Below are positions 34,197 through 43,244 of a stretch of 64,000 bases of DNA, piece by piece (within the stretch, counting starts at the first letter, position 1; each line of letters starts with the position of its first letter). The DNA lies in assembly GCA_029259845.1 (NCBI GenBank), contig JAJDEI010000109.1, forward strand, positions 222 through 64,221. The letters are read 5' to 3'. This DNA is from Planctomycetaceae bacterium. Its GTDB lineage: Bacteria; Planctomycetota; Planctomycetia; Planctomycetales; Planctomycetaceae. The translations under genes were made by a program, and so were the position numbers. The notes below the pieces were generated by a model that worked only from the letters and a program-made list of their open reading frames with translations, made no database searches and was not told the origin of the DNA.

Positions 34197-34282
34197 AACA
34201 ATCGTCGATTCAACGCAAAACAGGTCCTCTGTCCTCGTCTGCAAGAGGAAGCTTGGGAACGAGGACAGATCCACCAACCGCA

Positions 34283-35188
34283 TCAAGTCGTCCTCACCGG
34301 CACGCCACGTTCGGCCATGTACGTTTTTGTTGCGGCGATCGTGTACTCGCCGTAATGGAAGATGCTGGCGGCGAGTGCTGCGCTGGCGTGTCCCGCGGTC
34401 ACCGCTTCGCACAAGTGCGCGGGGGAGCCGGCACCGCCGCTGGCGACGACCGGGATCTCCACGACCTCGGCAACGGCACGTGTGATTTCGATGTCGTACC
34501 CGTCCTTGGTACCGTCCGCGTCCATCGACGTCAGCACGATCTCGCCCGCCCCCAAACGCTCGACTTCCTTCGCCCACGCAACCGCATCGAGCCCGGTCGG
34601 CGTGCGGCCACCATTGATGTGGACGTCCCAGTAGCAGGTTGAGGGTTGTGAATTGAGAGTTGAGGGTTCTCGGAAACCGGGGCCCGTCACCGGCCATGGA
34701 CGGGGTCGCACCCGCAGGCGATCAGGGATCTGCGACCGGCTCTCCGCTCTGCCCTCTCCGCCCTCCGCCCTCCGCTCTCCACTCTCCACTCTCCGCGGAT
34801 CGATGTTCACGACAATGCACTGGCTGCCAAACCGCAAGGCCGCCTCGCGGACGAACTCCGGGTCCTTGACCGCAGCACTGTTGATCGACACCTTGTCGCA
34901 ACCCGCTTTGAGCAGTTGGCGGATGTCATCAAGTGTGCGGATGCCTCCGCCGACGGTGAGCGGCATGAAGCAGACTTCGCTCGTCCGCTGCACGACGTCG
35001 AGGATGATGTCCCGTTGCTCGTGACTGGCGGTGATGTCCAGAAAGACCAGTTCGTCGGCCCCCTCCTGCTCATAGCGCGAGGCGACGTCAACCGGGTCGC
35101 CCGCGTCACGCAGGTTCAGAAAATTCACCCCTTTGACCACCCGGCCGGCGTGAACATCAAGGCAGGGAATAATTCGCTTGGCAAGCAC
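34283..35188 (-). CDS. hisF: imidazole glycerol phosphate synthase cyclase subunit HisF, with an internal insert of about 48 residues
   Basis: (M)[22 protein letters not shown]...[10 protein letters not shown]...PLTVGGGIR...[10 protein letters not shown]...[10 protein letters not shown]...[11 protein letters not shown]...[18 protein letters not shown]...PVVASGGAG...[12 protein letters not shown] start at 35188 preceded by AGGAA. Confidence 0.9.
   Translation of the reverse strand: MLAKRIIPCLDVHAGRVVKGVNFLNLRDAGDPVDVASRYEQEGADELVFLDITASHEQRDIILDVVQRTSEVCFMPLTVGGGIRTLDDIRQLLKAGCDKVSINSAAVKDPEFVREAALRFGSQCIVVNIDPRRVESGERRAEGGEGRAESRSQIPDRLRVRPRPWPVTGPGFREPSTLNSQPSTCYWDVHINGGRTPTGLDAVAWAKEVERLGAGEIVLTSMDADGTKDGYDIEITRAVAEVVEIPVVASGGAGSPAHLCEAVTAGHASAALAASIFHYGEYTIAATKTYMAERGVPVRTT
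34639..34795. repeat. foldback unit inside hisF: 4 heptamers, 73-bp core, 8 inverted heptamers
   Basis: TTGAGGG TTGTGAA TTGAGAG TTGAGGG (34639-34666). Core hairpins CCCGTC-N10-GACGGG and GTCGCA-N20-TGCGAC. Then CTCTCCG CTCTGCC CTCTCCG CCCTCCG CCCTCCG CTCTCCA CTCTCCA CTCTCCG (34740-34795). Confidence 0.75.
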
Positions 35189-35700
35189 GACAATTTCCTG
35201 GGGCAGTGAATCGGAGGTCCGCACTGGGAAGTTGGAGATCTCACCTGAGACTGTACGCGGTCGCCCCCTTGCTCTTCCAGCGCGACTGGCGTTGGGCAAA
35301 GAGATCGGACGGGAACACCGGACGGACACACGTTACTCCGTTTCCCCAGTGACTGTTCCGGTCTCACGTGTTCCGGCAAGCCCCCGCCTTCCCCAGCCGA
35401 CGGCTCTGCCGTCGCGCCGACACCCCTTCGGCCGGCTGAACAGGCGAGACACCAAGGTGTCCGGTTGGTTCGTTTTGTCAGGGCTCACAGAGCGAAATGC
35501 CGGAATCCGGAAGGATTCTCCCGGTTTTCACGGCAGAAGCTGAAGATTCGCTCGTTCTCCCGCCGTATGATAAAGTACGAGGCGATCCGTCGTGGGGAAG
35601 TCGCCGGTCTGCCGCTGCAACACCCTGTCGCCTGGCTGAGGGTCGCCTCGCTCAAGCGGAACGTACGGGGAACCCCAGAGCGGCAACCGCCCGAGTGGCC

Positions 35701-35735
35701 CTGAATGGCTGAGTCTGAATGGCTGAGTCTGAATG
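35701..35735. repeat. 14-bp tandem repeat x2.5 in the leader of the 35752 gene
   Basis: CTGAATGGCTGAGT CTGAATGGCTGAGT CTGAATG, ending 17 nt before the ATG at 35752. Confidence 0.8.
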
Positions 35736-35751
35736 ATTAAGGCCGAGTGAG

Positions 35752-36786
35752 ATGGCCGACAGCACCAAAATCCCGGTCATCACCGATGTTGCCGGCCCCG
35801 GTGCGCCGCTCGATCCGCCGCCAGGCAGCGGAGCCAAAGCCGAGGTCCCCGAGAAACCCGCCTGGATGAAGCGCGAACGCGCTCAGAGCGCCAGCCGCCG
35901 CAAACCGCAGGCAGCGTCCGCACGCCCGCTGCCGCCAATCGGCGTTGAGGAAGCCAGCGAAACCGGATCCGGAACCGATGTCCCTCTCAAGACTCGGATC
36001 GTGTCGTGGCTGAGAACGGCCGCGGCGACTGGGTATGGCATGTCGTTTCTGATTCACGTCCTGCTGATGATGGGGATGGCCCTGTGGATTTTCCCCCAAC
36101 TCACAGAGTCAACGAGCATCACCACGGTGGTCGAGAGCGACGCGGAAGCTCCGCAGCCGTTCGATGCGATGGACGACGTACACCTGGATGCCCCCGCCGG
36201 CAGCGAGGAAGTCGTCGTGCCTCAGTTGGCCGAAGTGATCCAACAGGATGCTGACCTGGACGTTCTGGAGCATCAGTTTCTGCAGGATGTGACCGCCGCG
36301 GAAACGCAGGGAGAGGGAGGGGCGAGCGACGTCGGCAAGGGCGGTTTTCGACTACTGGAGCCGAAAAACGCGGTCAAGGCGGGCAGCTTCTCCGCCTGGA
36401 CCATCCCCATCGCCCGACGCTTTGGCGAGCAGGCCAAGCCGGGCGACAGCCCCCGTCCGGGGCAGGATTACCATATCGTGATCCAGGCAAGAATCCCGGG
36501 AAATCGGAAGACCTACAAGATCAACGATCTCTCCGGTCGCGTGATTGGCACGGACGGGTACGTGCAGATCATCCCGTTACTGGCGTTCGTCCAGGACGAG
36601 GATGGCCATCTGACCCGCGCCAAAGCAGGCCGCCGCATCCCAATTGTCGACGGCGTCGTTCAAATCCTCGTTCGCGTTCCGGGAGCGGAAGCGCTGGTCA
36701 AGGATACAATCCGCGTCAAATCGAAGTTGCTCAAGGAGCAGCAGACGCTGGAGCTTGTCTTTGCAAAGCGAGTCCGCCGGGATTGA
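35752..36786 (+). CDS. hypothetical membrane protein
   Basis: 344-aa ORF with an ATG start, a disordered basic/Pro-rich N-terminus, one TM helix (GMSFLIHVLLMMGMALWIF) and an extracytoplasmic C-terminal domain. No family recognised. Confidence 0.55.
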   Translation: MADSTKIPVITDVAGPGAPLDPPPGSGAKAEVPEKPAWMKRERAQSASRRKPQAASARPLPPIGVEEASETGSGTDVPLKTRIVSWLRTAAATGYGMSFLIHVLLMMGMALWIFPQLTESTSITTVVESDAEAPQPFDAMDDVHLDAPAGSEEVVVPQLAEVIQQDADLDVLEHQFLQDVTAAETQGEGGASDVGKGGFRLLEPKNAVKAGSFSAWTIPIARRFGEQAKPGDSPRPGQDYHIVIQARIPGNRKTYKINDLSGRVIGTDGYVQIIPLLAFVQDEDGHLTRAKAGRRIPIVDGVVQILVRVPGAEALVKDTIRVKSKLLKEQQTLELVFAKRVRRD

Positions 36787-37589
36787 GAGCCTGTCCGCAT
36801 GCGTTGCCGTACGGCGAGGGTTGCGCATCTGCCTGTGTTGCGGCCTGCGTTGTTTCGAGAAACGTCCTGGTTCCGGGCGACTCGCTCGTGGGAGGACAGG
36901 CTTGCTGCCGAGTCGCAGCAGCGGGCTGGACACCGTGTCCTTCCCGGGGTGCCCCTGAAAACTGGTCGATCGGCTGTCGCTTCCACCGGTCAGTTTTCTT
37001 CGGGAATTCTTGCGATTTTTTACTGGGCAGACGTTTTTCCGGGAAGATTCAGCGCGCTCATGCGTTGTCCTGCTTGGAAGCCAGCCAATTGATTCGGCCT
37101 TGCTGATCGACTTCCGCTGCGATGGCTGTGGTGCGAATCCGTCGTCAGAGTGACGACGTGATTCGCAAAACCGCGACGGGGAGGGCCGTTGCAATGTTGG
37201 ACATGGAGCATGGGCCGATAATGGTAACAGGCTATCCAGTAATGACTTGCAGGACGTCCTGCGGGGAGCATCCGCTTTCCGGAATGCGTCTTGCATGATT
37301 GACTTGCGGTGGAACCGCACGAACAATTCGGTTGGGGCACGCACCGTGTTCACTCAGTGAATTTCGGGGCAGCGGGGCAGGAGCCGTCCCGTTCGTCTCG
37401 GGTGTAGCAACGACCGGCGGCAGGGAGTGTCTCATTGGATGATGACTCGAATGGGCACCATGATGCGAAGCCGACACGAGTTGGGCGAAGCAGCGTTCGC
37501 CTCGGCCACGTTTTCGGATGCTTCTGAGAGCCGGCTGCCTGCGACTAGAGTTTCTCCCCCTTAAACCCCTAACGACAGAGGAACAACCC

Positions 37590-37868
37590 ATGAAGACGTT
37601 CTTGACAGTTTGCGCCATGACAGCCGGTCTCGCCTTGTTCGGCATGAGCGGCACGGCCAATGCCGGCCATGGCTGCTACAGCGGCGGCTACGGTGGTTAC
37701 GGCGGCTACGGCGGTGGTTACGTCACAAGAGGTTACGGCTACGGTGGCTATGGAAACGGTGGTTACTACGGCGGCTATGGGCATGGTGGCTATGGGCATG
37801 GTGGCTACGGATACGGCGGCTACGGACATGGCGGCCATTACGGACACGGCGGCCACTACGGGTATTGA
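37590..37868 (+). CDS. small secreted Gly/Tyr/His-rich peptide
   Basis: ATG at 37590 preceded by GAGGAA. Signal peptide MKTFLTVCAMTAGLALFGMSGTANA, then 67 residues GHGCYSGGYGGYGGYGGGYVTRGYGYGGYGNGGYYGGYGHGGYGHGGYGYGGYGHGGHYGHGGHYGY. Confidence 0.6.
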   Translation: MKTFLTVCAMTAGLALFGMSGTANAGHGCYSGGYGGYGGYGGGYVTRGYGYGGYGNGGYYGGYGHGGYGHGGYGYGGYGHGGHYGHGGHYGY

Positions 37869-37965
37869 TCCCCAACCCGGGTATCACTGCAATCGCTTCT
37901 CGACGCTTCCAAGCCCGGCTTCTTCCGAGAGGCCGGGCTTTTTGCTTTCGGGGGGAGAGGCCGCG

Positions 37966-38862
37966 TCAGTAAAGCGCCGACGCCAGTTTGCGCCGGTATT
38001 CGGCGACCAGTGGGGCATCGCTGCCGAGCAGGTTGAGGATGTTGAGCATGGTCTCTTTGGCCTGCACGCCGACGCCGGCCTTGTCTTGCTGAATGACGTT
38101 GAGGCACAGGTCCAACGCGTCGGCATATTGGCCGTCTGCTGCCAGCGCGTCGGCCAGCGGCAGAAACAGCGCCAGGTCGTCCGGATGGGCATCGGCTGCC
38201 CGCCGCGCCTCCTCGATCCCGCCGCTCGCCTCAGCGACCGATTCGACTTCGAGCTGAGCTTTGAGGCGTTCGGCTTCCGGCTCCAGGAACCCGCGGGCTT
38301 CGAGGCGGGTGATCAACTCGCGGGAATCGTCCAACTGCCCCTGTGTGTGCAGCACACGAGCCAACGCGAGCGTCGCTGCCGGATGATCGGACGAAAGGCT
38401 GAGGGCCTCGCGAAACTTGGCTTCGGCACCGGCGGGGTCGGTCGGTTCCAGCGCAACGCCGGCTGAGACCAGTTCGTCCGTCGGCGAGGGGACGATCCGG
38501 TCGAGCCACTCGCGGAGCTGTGGCTCCGGGAGAGCGCCCTGGAACTGATCGAAAAGCTGCTTGTCCTTGATCGCCACCACGTGCGGAATGCTCTGCACGC
38601 CGAACGCCGCCGCCAATTGTTGCTCGGCCTCGATATCGACCTTCGCCAGCACGAACTTGCCGGCGTATTCTTCGGCCAGTGCCTCCAACACCGGCCCCAA
38701 TTGCCGGCACGGCCCACACCACGCCGCCCAAAAGTCCACAACCACCGGCACCTCGGCGGAACGTTCGATAACCGTTTGCTCGAAGGAGTCGGTGGTGACG
38801 TCGATGGTATTCGGTGAATCAGACATTCGTTGTGTGTCCATTGGTTCCGGAATCACCGCCAT
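37966..38862 (-). CDS. thioredoxin domain plus TPR-like C-terminal domain protein (YbbN/CnoX-like)
   Basis: VVVDFWAAWCGPCRQLGPVLE thioredoxin active site followed by a helical TPR-like half. The start is uncertain among Met1, Met8 and Met13 of the ORF. Confidence 0.8.
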   Translation of the reverse strand: MAVIPEPMDTQRMSDSPNTIDVTTDSFEQTVIERSAEVPVVVDFWAAWCGPCRQLGPVLEALAEEYAGKFVLAKVDIEAEQQLAAAFGVQSIPHVVAIKDKQLFDQFQGALPEPQLREWLDRIVPSPTDELVSAGVALEPTDPAGAEAKFREALSLSSDHPAATLALARVLHTQGQLDDSRELITRLEARGFLEPEAERLKAQLEVESVAEASGGIEEARRAADAHPDDLALFLPLADALAADGQYADALDLCLNVIQQDKAGVGVQAKETMLNILNLLGSDAPLVAEYRRKLASALY

Positions 38863-39215
38863 GATCGATCGCCCACATTCGGCGTTGCCTCATTCGGCGG
38901 TCGGCGTTGCCTCCTGGCTAACTTGTATGGTTTATCGCCGTTAGCCGCGAGCCAACGGCGAGCGCCACCAGGACGACGTGCATCCGCTGGACATCACAAA
39001 CGAAACCCCTCAACGCTGCATCGCGGTCATGGATTGCCAACGTTCAACCGCTCCCCCTCGCGTTCCCCGTGCAACCGGCCATCAGTTTCCGGAGAGGCTC
39101 TCTGACCGCCCAAGCGTTTGCCCGTTGGAAGGCAGGTCTTTCGGAAGAAGGTCATAGTCGCTGCCGAGGGACAGGCATGGCACTCCCCGCTCGTCGTCGT
39201 CGGCGAACCCAGGGA

Positions 39216-40256
39216 TCATCGATCCTCAAGCTGCGAACGGACCAAGCGTCCTGCTTCACCCAGGAGTTCAACGTCTGGTCGAGCCTCATGAAATCTCTCG
39301 CATGCTTCGCGAGAGACTTTTGTGTCGTCCAGCCAGAGCAAACGAAATGACCGGATCGAGGTCAGGTCGTCCAATATTGAGTCGGTCACATTCGGGCCAG
39401 TGAGCGACAGTTGCCTGAGAGGCGAACACTCCCCAAGCGGACGCAGGCAGTTTTTCGAGAAGGAGCAATTCCACAGCACCAGACACTCGAAATTGCCGAG
39501 CTTCGGCAGGTCGCTTAAGGCGTACTCCTTCAGTGACCAATTCCTGATGCCCAACGATTGGAGATTCGTGAGTTTGGACAAATCGCCGAGGCCTTCGCCT
39601 GACAGGTTGGTTCCATCTAAGGCCAAGCCTGTCAACGTTGGAAGTTTCGCGATGGATTTCAAACCGTCATCGGTCACACCGGGGGCCGGGAGTTCGAGTC
39701 CCTGGAGTTGGGTGAGTCCGACAAGGTGGCTCAGTCCCTGATCAGTCACCGGGATCGTGGTCGCGTCTTGGTAGTTGCCAAGCGATAAATGTTGCAGTTG
39801 ATCGAATCGCCCAATGATCTCGCAGGCTTCGTCCGTGAGTTGGGGTTCATCCAGGCTCAGATTCTCAAGGTTGGTGAGTCCCCTGAGCCTGCGGACGTCA
39901 GCATCCGTGACACCACGCAGTTGCAGCGATTTCAAGCCCGTGTAGCGACCAACGATTCCCATTTGATAGGGAGTCAGTGATTTCTCACGGAGATGGAGTT
40001 CGACGGGGGCCCCGAAGAGTTCACGAGCCATGTCATCGCCAATCAGCATGCCCCAAGGCAGTTGGAGCTCACCCAATACGACGTGGCTGACGGCGCCGGT
40101 GTTCAACAGCCGCGACCGCTGATAGAACCAGTTGCTGACCCACAGCAGGCTGCCGAGAGCGAGCAGCGGGACCAACAGGGTCGACCAACGTTTTCGACGC
40201 CGGGGCTGCTGTGCCGGGGCCTCGTTTGCCGGAGTCTTGATGACATCGCTGTCCAT
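39216..40256 (-). CDS. membrane-anchored leucine-rich repeat protein
   Basis: N-terminal RRRKRW plus TM helix (STLLVPLLALGSLLWVSNWF), then about 24-residue LRRs (LTNLENLSLDEPQLTDEACEIIG..., LTQLQGLELPAPGVTDDGLKSIA...). Confidence 0.7.
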   Translation of the reverse strand: MDSDVIKTPANEAPAQQPRRRKRWSTLLVPLLALGSLLWVSNWFYQRSRLLNTGAVSHVVLGELQLPWGMLIGDDMARELFGAPVELHLREKSLTPYQMGIVGRYTGLKSLQLRGVTDADVRRLRGLTNLENLSLDEPQLTDEACEIIGRFDQLQHLSLGNYQDATTIPVTDQGLSHLVGLTQLQGLELPAPGVTDDGLKSIAKLPTLTGLALDGTNLSGEGLGDLSKLTNLQSLGIRNWSLKEYALSDLPKLGNFECLVLWNCSFSKNCLRPLGECSPLRQLSLTGPNVTDSILDDLTSIRSFRLLWLDDTKVSREACERFHEARPDVELLGEAGRLVRSQLEDR

Positions 40257-40419
40257 CGGGGTTCACTTTCCTGTCGGGTGGGCTGTTCCCAACAGCACGG
40301 GTGTTGACAACGCGGGTGCCACAGATTGGCGACATTGTGGTGGGCACAGCCCACCCGACTTCACTCGCCCAACGACGACCGATTCCGGGTCGGTGGGCGG
40401 ACACATCAGAATCGAGATC

Positions 40420-41295
40420 TTACTGGTGTTGGTTGCGTTGGAAGAGTTCATTGAGTGCCTCCCTGCCGCCGAGTTCAACATTGGGCATCGCTTCCATTAA
40501 GTGCAGGTACGCGTCTCGCGAGACACCGGTGCCCGACAGGACGAGCGTCTCCAGGCAGCCCAACTCCTCCAGCGATGCGACCATGTCGTCAGTGACTGGA
40601 GTGCCTCGAAGAGACAAATGCCGGATACAGCCTCGCTCAACGAGCGGACGAATTGGATTGCCGTGCAACTCGGCATTCTCGATGGTCAGTGAGGAGAGCC
40701 GCGGAAGTTGCACCAGAGTTTCAAATCCTTTTTCACTGAATGAGCCGCCTTGAAGTTGCAAAAAAGCAAGATTTGCCAAGGGGACCAGATTCTCGAGGCA
40801 TGCATCATTCAGGTGTGGAGATTCCAGGCGCAAGTATCTCAATTGTTGCATGCCGCGCAGTTGGCGGCATCCTTCGGCAGTCACTTGCGAGTTGATGATT
40901 CGCAGAAAACTCAAGTTGGTCAGTCCGCGAATGTGCACAAGGTCGTCGTCCGTCAAGCCGGATAGCGTCAACTGATCAAGTGAGTTGTAGGAGCCGACCG
41001 ACCGGAGCTCCTTTGACGATAGCCGGTGATCACGGACCGCCAGCGTTTCCGGGACACCTAGGAAATCGGTCGCCGGCTGCTGGAGAATGGGTTCCAGCCA
41101 CGTCCATCGTGGCTGCGAGAAGGTGACCTCTGCGTTGGTGAACAGCTCGGCCCGCTGCTGGAACCAGTTGCTGATCCAGAGCAGGCTTCCCATCAGCAAA
41201 AGTGGGACGATCAGCAGCCATCTGCGTCGCCGACGTCGAGGGGAAGTGGTTGTGGCGGATGCCTCTCGATCGGAGTTGTTAGACTTGTCGGCCAT
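40420..41295 (-). CDS. membrane-anchored leucine-rich repeat protein (tandem paralogue)
   Basis: MADKSNNSD...RRRRRRWLLIVPLLLMGSLLWISNWF, then LRRs collinear with the 39216-40256 product. Start set at the internal ATG at 41295. Confidence 0.7.
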   Translation of the reverse strand: MADKSNNSDREASATTTSPRRRRRRWLLIVPLLLMGSLLWISNWFQQRAELFTNAEVTFSQPRWTWLEPILQQPATDFLGVPETLAVRDHRLSSKELRSVGSYNSLDQLTLSGLTDDDLVHIRGLTNLSFLRIINSQVTAEGCRQLRGMQQLRYLRLESPHLNDACLENLVPLANLAFLQLQGGSFSEKGFETLVQLPRLSSLTIENAELHGNPIRPLVERGCIRHLSLRGTPVTDDMVASLEELGCLETLVLSGTGVSRDAYLHLMEAMPNVELGGREALNELFQRNQHQ

Positions 41296-41427
41296 CGGAG
41301 GGTTCCCTTTCCCGTGCAATCTGGCACAATGTAAGGTGTTGTCACAGAATACAGTCGTATTGGCACGCGAAATCATGCATGTTTTTCGCAATTCGCACCG
41401 GGCTGCGGCTCAGCCAGAGGGATCACG

Positions 41428-43017
41428 ATGGAACTTACGCCGGAACAACAGGAACTTGGGAAGATGAATTTCTCGACAGCGGTGAGTGTCTCGCGACGGG
41501 ACTTTCTCAAAGGGGCCACCGCCGGCGCGACCGGGCTGGGGGCAGCGTATTTCGGCTATGAGGCGCTCAACGGCGACCCGGTCAAAACGGCGTTCATCGG
41601 AACCGGGGATGAGGGAAATATCCTCATCACCCAGCACCCGGACAAGTTCATGGACATCGTCGCCATCGCCGACTTGCGACCGTCCAACCAGAAACGGGCC
41701 ATCCACGGGGACGGCAACGACGCCCGGATGGGCCTGATCCGCAAAGTGGGTGAGGACAAAGCGGGCGAAGTCAAGATTTATGGGAGCCACAAGGAACTGT
41801 TGGCTGCCAAGGACGAGCTGGGGATTGAGGCGGTCGTGATCGCCGTGCCGCTGAACCAGCACGCACCGATTGCCCAGGAATGCCTCGCCGCCGGGCTGCA
41901 CGTGCTCAGCGAAAAGCTGATGGCCCACAACACCAAGCAGTGCAAAGAGGTGATTCGCTCGGCCCGCGACAAGAATCTGCTGTTGGCGGTCGGGCACCAG
42001 CGGCACTACAGCGTGCTGTACGACAACGCAGCGAGTTTGGTGCACTCCGGGCTGCTGGGTGACATCAAGTTCATCCGCGCCCAGTGGCATCGCAACAACA
42101 GCTTTCCGAACAGCGACCAGTGGAATCCGTCCCTTAAGAAAGAGGACGTCGAAGCGCTCAAGGGGCGGGTGGAGGAGTTTGGATACAGCTCGATTGAGGA
42201 ACTGGTCAAGTGGCGGCTGTTCAAGGAGACGGGCGGCGGGCTGATGGCCGAACTCGGCTCTCACCAGATGGATGCCGCCAGCATCTTCCTGGGGCACGTG
42301 CATCCGATCGCCGTGCATGGGTACGGCGGGAAGAATTTCTATGGCGTCAAGGGGATCGGCTCGCTCGACAAGCAACAGGACCCCCGCGACATCGACGACC
42401 ATATCTATGTCACGTTCGAGTTCCCCGGTCCGCATTACGCGGAGGACCAGAACGACATCGCCGTCGTGACGTACTCGTCCATGAATACCAACCGCTTCGA
42501 ACCGTATGGTGAGTGGGTCTACGGCAGCCGCGGCACCCTGATTATGAAGGGCGAGAAGGAAGCGTTGCTCTACAAGGAGGAAGGCCGCGGCTCGCAGGGG
42601 GGCGGACCCGATCAGCGGCTGTGGGTCGTGTCCGGAACGGCCGGTGGCGGACCGGTGCTCGAAGCGTACGAGACATCGTCCGGCGCTGCGAAGAAGGCGG
42701 ACGACGGCGGCGGCTGGGGAGACAACATCTCGCGAGGTTACACCGAGGAGATGGAGCACTTCTGTTTCGCGATCCGCAATCAGGGACCGGACTACTACCC
42801 CGGCGGGAAACCGTTGCCGCGCGAGGAAGGGGGGCTGCGTTGCAATGGCGTCGTCGCGATGGCCGATGCCATTATGGCCCTCACTGCGAACCGGGCGATG
42901 GCCCTGCATCAGCGGATCGAATTCAAGGACGCCTGGTTCGACCCCGACACGCCCGATACGCCCGAACATGACTATCCGCTGGAGGGCGAGAATCCGGACG
43001 ATTTCCTCGCCACGTGA
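41428..43017 (+). CDS. Gfo/Idh/MocA-family oxidoreductase with twin-arginine signal
   Basis: Tat motif [19 protein letters not shown], Rossmann start [18 protein letters not shown] (EKP-type motif) and a C-terminal alpha/beta domain. Confidence 0.85.
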   Translation: MELTPEQQELGKMNFSTAVSVSRRDFLKGATAGATGLGAAYFGYEALNGDPVKTAFIGTGDEGNILITQHPDKFMDIVAIADLRPSNQKRAIHGDGNDARMGLIRKVGEDKAGEVKIYGSHKELLAAKDELGIEAVVIAVPLNQHAPIAQECLAAGLHVLSEKLMAHNTKQCKEVIRSARDKNLLLAVGHQRHYSVLYDNAASLVHSGLLGDIKFIRAQWHRNNSFPNSDQWNPSLKKEDVEALKGRVEEFGYSSIEELVKWRLFKETGGGLMAELGSHQMDAASIFLGHVHPIAVHGYGGKNFYGVKGIGSLDKQQDPRDIDDHIYVTFEFPGPHYAEDQNDIAVVTYSSMNTNRFEPYGEWVYGSRGTLIMKGEKEALLYKEEGRGSQGGGPDQRLWVVSGTAGGGPVLEAYETSSGAAKKADDGGGWGDNISRGYTEEMEHFCFAIRNQGPDYYPGGKPLPREEGGLRCNGVVAMADAIMALTANRAMALHQRIEFKDAWFDPDTPDTPEHDYPLEGENPDDFLAT

Positions 43018-43244
43018 GTGGGCGCTTCGTGGGACGCCCACGGATTGCAACCCGTGGGCTTTGGTGATGACGTTCTCACATAAACAACGCCGGGCATTTC
43101 AGGTTCATGGCACGCTGGCCGGATAACGCGCAGTCAACGCTGGTGACGGCGCTGCTGATCTTCGGGTTGTTTCCTGCGCTGTGCTGGCTGACGTGGTGGT
43201 TCGTGCGCGGATGACGGGAGTCTGAATGAGGATGATCGCAGCGG

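Noticed and set aside
34639-34795. The hisF insert interpreted as an intein or as a CRISPR-like array.
   Set aside because: It is too short (about 48 aa) and lacks the intein splice-junction blocks. The heptamer arrays have no spacers and there are no cas genes, so it is not CRISPR.
37610-38466. Alternative-frame ORFs across the Gly/Tyr/His repeat DNA and antisense to the thioredoxin-TPR gene.
   Set aside because: They are frame artefacts of GGY-type repeat DNA and a shadow of the reverse-strand thioredoxin gene, which has the WCGPC motif.
41410-43050. 546-codon reverse ORF that mirrors the whole Gfo/Idh/MocA gene.
   Set aside because: The forward frame has a Tat signal, a Rossmann motif and family-typical blocks. 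The reverse frame is a typical codon-bias shadow.
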